Shown here in pieces: positions 61,001 through 64,000 of a stretch of 64,000 bases of DNA (position 1 is the first letter of the stretch; each line of letters begins with the position of its first letter). Location of the stretch: positions 26,305 through 90,304 of the forward strand of contig DBDA01000021.1 in NCBI GenBank assembly GCA_002293375.1, written 5' to 3'. The position numbers were made by a program, and so were the translations under genes. The notes under the pieces were generated by a model. That model had not been told where the DNA came from and searched no databases. It saw nothing but the letters and a program-made list of their open reading frames with translations. The stretch comes from Odoribacter sp. UBA944 (lineage in GTDB: Bacteria > Bacteroidota > Bacteroidia > Bacteroidales > Marinifilaceae).

Positions 61001-64000
61001 GTGTCGCGGGCAGGATGTGACCCTCTCTGTGTACAATGAGGGGTACGACAACTACAAATACAAGTGGTACAAAGAGGGAATAGCGGAAGCATTACCCGGC
61101 AGCGAAGGGAGTTCTTATACCATTTACAGGGCAGAAGCGGGAGCCGGAGGAGATGGCGGAAGGTATTATTGCGTTGCAACGGACCCGGCCGGCCGGGAGT
61201 TGGTTTCGAATATGGCAACCCTGACGGTGCAAGACGGGCCATTGGCGGAGATCACCTTCCTGAATGACGAAACAATAAACCGGTTGGAAAGCCCGATACC
61301 GGTGTGTTACGGTTCAACGATCACCATCGGTACGGGATTGAGTTATGTTACGTCCGGAGGAGGCAGCCATTCAAATCCCGAAGTAGCGGACAGGTTGCTG
61401 TGGACGGGCGAAGGGATCGTTTCCGGACAGGGTACCGACAAAATTGTGGTAAGGGTGGGGAATACCGCCCGCTTTACGTTGACGGCTTCGAAAAATGCCG
61501 GGTGTTCGTCGCAGGATACCATTACGTTCCGGGTGGTTAAGCCGGAGGTATCACTTGATTCCAAAGTGTTGGTACGGGAAGAGGACGCTGAAATTACTTT
61601 CAAAGCTTCCAGCCTCCAGTCTGTTTTTGCCTGGTCTAAGAACGATGAGCCGACACCGGACGAAAGCGCTACTGCCACCATGTTGTTTGATGCGGATGGG
61701 TATGTTGTGGTAACGGTGAGTGAAGAGGGTTGTTTGGCCAGCGATACGGCTAAGGTATTTATCCGGAAGAGAGCTTCTTTTGCGGGGGGAACGAACGATG
61801 GTTTCTCACTATCCCGCCCGGCGCTGGTGATCCCGGGTACGCTGAAGCAGATCATTGCCTGCCCGGATGAGCAGATAACTCTCCGTACACAGCATGCGGA
61901 GTATGCCAATTATAAGTACGAGTGGTGGAGGGAAGCGAACGGCTACGATCCGGAACTTGTCCATGCGGGAGCCGTGTATACCTTTACAATGGATCAGAAT
62001 GGCTTTCTGGCGGGCAGGTATTACTGTACGGTGATCGATCCTGATTTCGGGGAAGACGATCCGCGCCATTACCTTTATTCCGATACGTTGGAGATTATAC
62101 ACAGGGTCGGTCCTTTGGCACAGATCGCCTCGAACAAAACGGAGTTGTGTGCCGGAGAGTTGTTGGAATTGAATGCTACGGCTTCCGCCAGTGGAGTCGG
62201 GCAGGTCTCTTATACGTGGAGTGGAGAAGGGGTGACGGAGGAGAACCAGTCTTTGGGTATTTTGTCGATTTACCCGCAACAGAGTGGAGTTTATACGGTG
62301 GAGGTTCGTAATCAGAACTGTTCCGATACGGTCAGTGTGGCGATTACGGTGTCTCGTCCGCAGATAACGTTGCCCGCCCTGATCAAATTGCCGGCTCCGG
62401 TGTTCAATTACAATATGTCTGCTTTTCAACCGGAGGGTGCGGCGACTGTTACCTGGAGTTTTCGGAACGATGCAGGCCATACAAACCCCGGAAGTGTGAA
62501 CCTGTTGAATATAGATGGTGACGGTTGGATCATTGCAAGTTTACAGGATACCGAAAGCGGTTGTGCGGCATTAGATTCCTGCCGGGTATTTGTGAAAGAT
62601 ATTTACTCCTTCGGAGGCGGGGCGGATGATGGTTTCAGTGTGTTGGAGGTCAATACGCGTGTATGGATGGAACCCCGCCAGGAGGAGATAACGTTGTGTT
62701 TAGATCAGGAACTTGTGTTGAGGGCGGCGGTAAGCGGTGTGGGACGCTATACGTATAGTTGGCATCGCGTGGAGGATGATGTGGAAGGAAAGCCCGGAAA
62801 AGTACTGGGGACGGGGGAGCAATGGGTGATTGACTATGTTACAACTGCAGATGAAGGGAGTTATTATTGTGTTGTTACGGACCAGGAAGAGAATGATCCG
62901 GAAGGGGGAGGCAAAAAGCAATACAGGACAGAAAATATACGGTTGATCGTAACAGCCGGGCCGATCGCTCAGATTGCGCAGCGGCTGGGAGGTACCAACT
63001 GGAGCGCCTGTGTGGGAGAAACAATAGATTTGCTGGGAAGCCTGGCCCCGGAATCTCCTGTCCAGGGGGGGATTGGTGTGGTACAGTACACTTGGAGCGG
63101 AGATTATTTTGAAGAGTCCGAAACGCCGGAGATCATTTACGCCAGGCCTCAGAGGGACGGATTGTACATATTGACAATCAGCCACAGCGAAACAGGGTGT
63201 GCTGATACGGTACACGCGCGTTTTGTGATGCGTTCTCCCCAGGTGTCTTTGCCCAGCACCATCACCATGCTGAAGCCGGGGATGCTTCAATTGGAGGCGG
63301 AAGCGGACGAAGAGGGACGTTTCCAATGGTACAGGGATGTTTATCCGTCCAATATATTGAGTTATGTAAATCCGGCAAATCTGGATATAAAACAGGATGC
63401 AGCGGTGATCGTACGTTTTGACCAGGAAGGGTGTTATGGCTTTGATACCACACAGGTATTTGTCAGAATGGATGCCGCTTTCAGGGGGGGGGACGACGAT
63501 GGTTTCATGGCATCGGATATTCATCTGGTCGCCCAGGTAGGCAGAAAACGGCAAGAGGTGTGCCGGGGTGCCTTGATTGAAATACCGCTCCGGGTGGCGG
63601 AAGTTGGCAGGGTATTGCGTTACAATTGGTTTAAAGTCGGTGATTATACGGTGCTTGGCCGGGAGAAGAATTTGGTGTTGTCGGCCAATGAGGTTAGCGA
63701 TGGCGGGCAGTATTATTGTGTGGTGAGTGATCCTTCCATAGAGAATCTGGCAAAGGGGTCGGTGTGGTCGGATACCGCAACGGTTGTGGTTCTGAACGGG
63801 CCGCAGGCCAAAATTTCCGAACCGAACGAGATAAGATTGGCCAATATTTTCTGTAAGGGAGCCGAAGTGCTGATCAGCGCTCAGGCGACGGAGAGTCGCA
63901 AGACCAACAACACGGATGTCTATACATACGAGTGGTTTGGGGAAAACATCTCTTACGTTGCCCGTGATTATGAGATCAACGCCAAAATGGGGAACAGCGG
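58092..64000 (+). CDS. giant Ig-like repeat surface protein, N-terminal >=1969 codons (continues beyond the window end)
   Basis: Absent from the ORF track (no stop in the window). Manual translation from the ATG at 58092 gives 'MKAFLYSILCLLFCLQTGMLRAQEEG...' (signal peptide). The '(G)(R/S/K/Q)YYC.V.D' codons at 58405, 58685, 58960, 59240, 59508, 61160, 62015, 62865 and 63705 are all in this frame (start mod 3 = 0), and no competing frame-0 ORF is listed. Confidence 0.8.
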   Translation, partial: MKAFLYSILCLLFCLQTGMLRAQEEGDPTPEPGISKVQLVQSPAERSVFALGETLIFTLAITEEGDNTKTYSWRKVKADGNDEEISNERELEMILGSLADSGRYYCIVTDVTNSSAEHYSDTAAIFVEGIVSVRLKNPPAGALAIGGAFTLELDIEEGGDHTKSYSWRRVNDEGEDEFLETDGERLIFPTLSLADTGRYYCVVTDRTDSYKTYRSDTATIRVTGIASIQVQCDPDRSDFVVGESVTFTLGITEGGNNAKTYSWKKVGDDTPIGNEATLTLSNLSLSHTGSYYCIVTDQTNPENPYHSDQRAILVEGIGSVQVEQLAGRTTFVLGESIAFTVKVTQVGVADLSYAWKKAGDEGSVLSTEANLVLNDVSLADAGRYYCEVTDDTHPSASGNPYKSNEYTINVLTTSARVFGVSRLCVGDSVRLALALSNEGEYSYRWFKVGGSSTPLTTATWLIEDLTPAHSGKYYCLVQDVANGFEITSDTLDVLVSEYPVVGLTVNGLAPEDHTATFCYDSEITLTVFNQASGQPEAIAFWTGNSLQGDLEDTEVNFRLKYTSLYRAVITNNGCVREDSVRIVMKQPQVLLPENRYAIAGETVTLASLAPENSDYRFYWNNGDQLNVFSGDAYTFPVEEGTTPVSVRVQTASLPVCTNYDTCYVTGLPAMNYTTSVNDGYVVSRSPLRIIQNDTTLCARMDLQLEVAYTGYDGYTYEWLKAGAEEVLATGRILTLKSLEETVRTDYFCRAYDLEKGAYVYSDTVTVVVKYRPVASITGADDVTPLCGGYPLTLTGGSGLASDPPAITYHWQGSGMMSGTNSKVLNVKVSTNGTYSLIVSANGCADTAELHIPTVVHYVDIPAQLILPLPTDGVHFTAEKPEDGYLTWFIQGVGGERKVLETGMTAGASLDIRGGDKLVIAQMRKDGCDFRDTCRVLIREFAEPVGNENDYDDGFAISYPDLRVTNPTPRVCRGQDVTLSVYNEGYDNYKYKWYKEGIAEALPGSEGSSYTIYRAEAGAGGDGGRYYCVATDPAGRELVSNMATLTVQDGPLAEITFLNDETINRLESPIPVCYGSTITIGTGLSYVTSGGGSHSNPEVADRLLWTGEGIVSGQGTDKIVVRVGNTARFTLTASKNAGCSSQDTITFRVVKPEVSLDSKVLVREEDAEITFKASSLQSVFAWSKNDEPTPDESATATMLFDADGYVVVTVSEEGCLASDTAKVFIRKRASFAGGTNDGFSLSRPALVIPGTLKQIIACPDEQITLRTQHAEYANYKYEWWREANGYDPELVHAGAVYTFTMDQNGFLAGRYYCTVIDPDFGEDDPRHYLYSDTLEIIHRVGPLAQIASNKTELCAGELLELNATASASGVGQVSYTWSGEGVTEENQSLGILSIYPQQSGVYTVEVRNQNCSDTVSVAITVSRPQITLPALIKLPAPVFNYNMSAFQPEGAATVTWSFRNDAGHTNPGSVNLLNIDGDGWIIASLQDTESGCAALDSCRVFVKDIYSFGGGADDGFSVLEVNTRVWMEPRQEEITLCLDQELVLRAAVSGVGRYTYSWHRVEDDVEGKPGKVLGTGEQWVIDYVTTADEGSYYCVVTDQEENDPEGGGKKQYRTENIRLIVTAGPIAQIAQRLGGTNWSACVGETIDLLGSLAPESPVQGGIGVVQYTWSGDYFEESETPEIIYARPQRDGLYILTISHSETGCADTVHARFVMRSPQVSLPSTITMLKPGMLQLEAEADEEGRFQWYRDVYPSNILSYVNPANLDIKQDAAVIVRFDQEGCYGFDTTQVFVRMDAAFRGGDDDGFMASDIHLVAQVGRKRQEVCRGALIEIPLRVAEVGRVLRYNWFKVGDYTVLGREKNLVLSANEVSDGGQYYCVVSDPSIENLAKGSVWSDTATVVVLNGPQAKISEPNEIRLANIFCKGAEVLISAQATESRKTNNTDVYTYEWFGENISYVARDYEINAKMGNS

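Noticed and set aside
22517-64000. The array as a recently acquired genomic island or mobile element.
   Set aside because: There is no integrase, transposase, tRNA, att-like direct repeat or conjugation gene at the visible boundary. By eye, base composition and codon style match the flanking housekeeping block. The right-hand boundary is outside the window, so this remains untested rather than disproved.
1-64000. CRISPR arrays, rRNA/tRNA genes and toxin-antitoxin or restriction-modification defence cassettes.
   Set aside because: I saw no regularly spaced short direct repeats. No intergenic region is long enough or has cloverleaf-like features. Every ORF of meaningful size is accounted for by the genes listed.

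Overview
This window looks like a Bacteroidota chromosome segment. The evidence is GldJ, PorP/SprF, a T9SS type B C-terminal domain and TAnnTTTG-type promoter boxes. It falls into two very different halves.

**nt 1-22000: ordinary housekeeping genes, tightly packed.** They are a pyrC fragment, a GT2 polyprenol-P mannosyltransferase, murF, a canonical gldJ lipoprotein, ispF, lpd, a tricorn-like S41 protease, a Zn/Mn-type ABC importer, acyl-CoA dehydrogenase with etfBA, iorAB, aroE, a DUF368 membrane protein and a DUF4301 protein.

**nt 22517 to the window end (41.5 kb): one uninterrupted plus-strand array of 13 genes.** All encode signal-peptide-bearing, non-enzymatic, repeat- or lectin-like proteins. 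In order:
- a PorP/SprF-like T9SS outer-membrane protein;
- four small tandem paralogues (beta-helix fragment plus a DUF1566-like module);
- a 2733-aa repeat protein ending in a T9SS type B sorting domain;
- six ~1130-1230-aa paralogues;
- a giant Ig-repeat protein of at least 1969 aa that runs off the window.

The six paralogues share one scaffold: a conserved N-terminal 'WxNSWRD' module, then a GldJ-like FGE-sulfatase fold split by a nested discoidin-like insert, then Ig-like spacers. They carry three different C-terminal heads: fibrinogen-like (x1), glycine-rich (x2) and Fibrobacter-type FISUMP (x3).

I regard this array as the candidate novel system: a SprB/SprF-like T9SS module fused to a battery of GldJ-fold scaffolds displaying exchangeable ligand-binding heads. 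I saw no rRNA, tRNA, CRISPR array, transposase, integrase or regulator gene.

Smaller oddities:
- a 186-nt near-perfect hairpin element just upstream of the array;
- G8-G9 homopolymer tracts inside array genes;
- an AT-rich promoter island that splits the array into two units;
- a 3 x 11-bp tandem repeat forming the aroE stop;
- a truncated ORF6N remnant.

All homology calls rest on motif recognition by eye. No database search was run.
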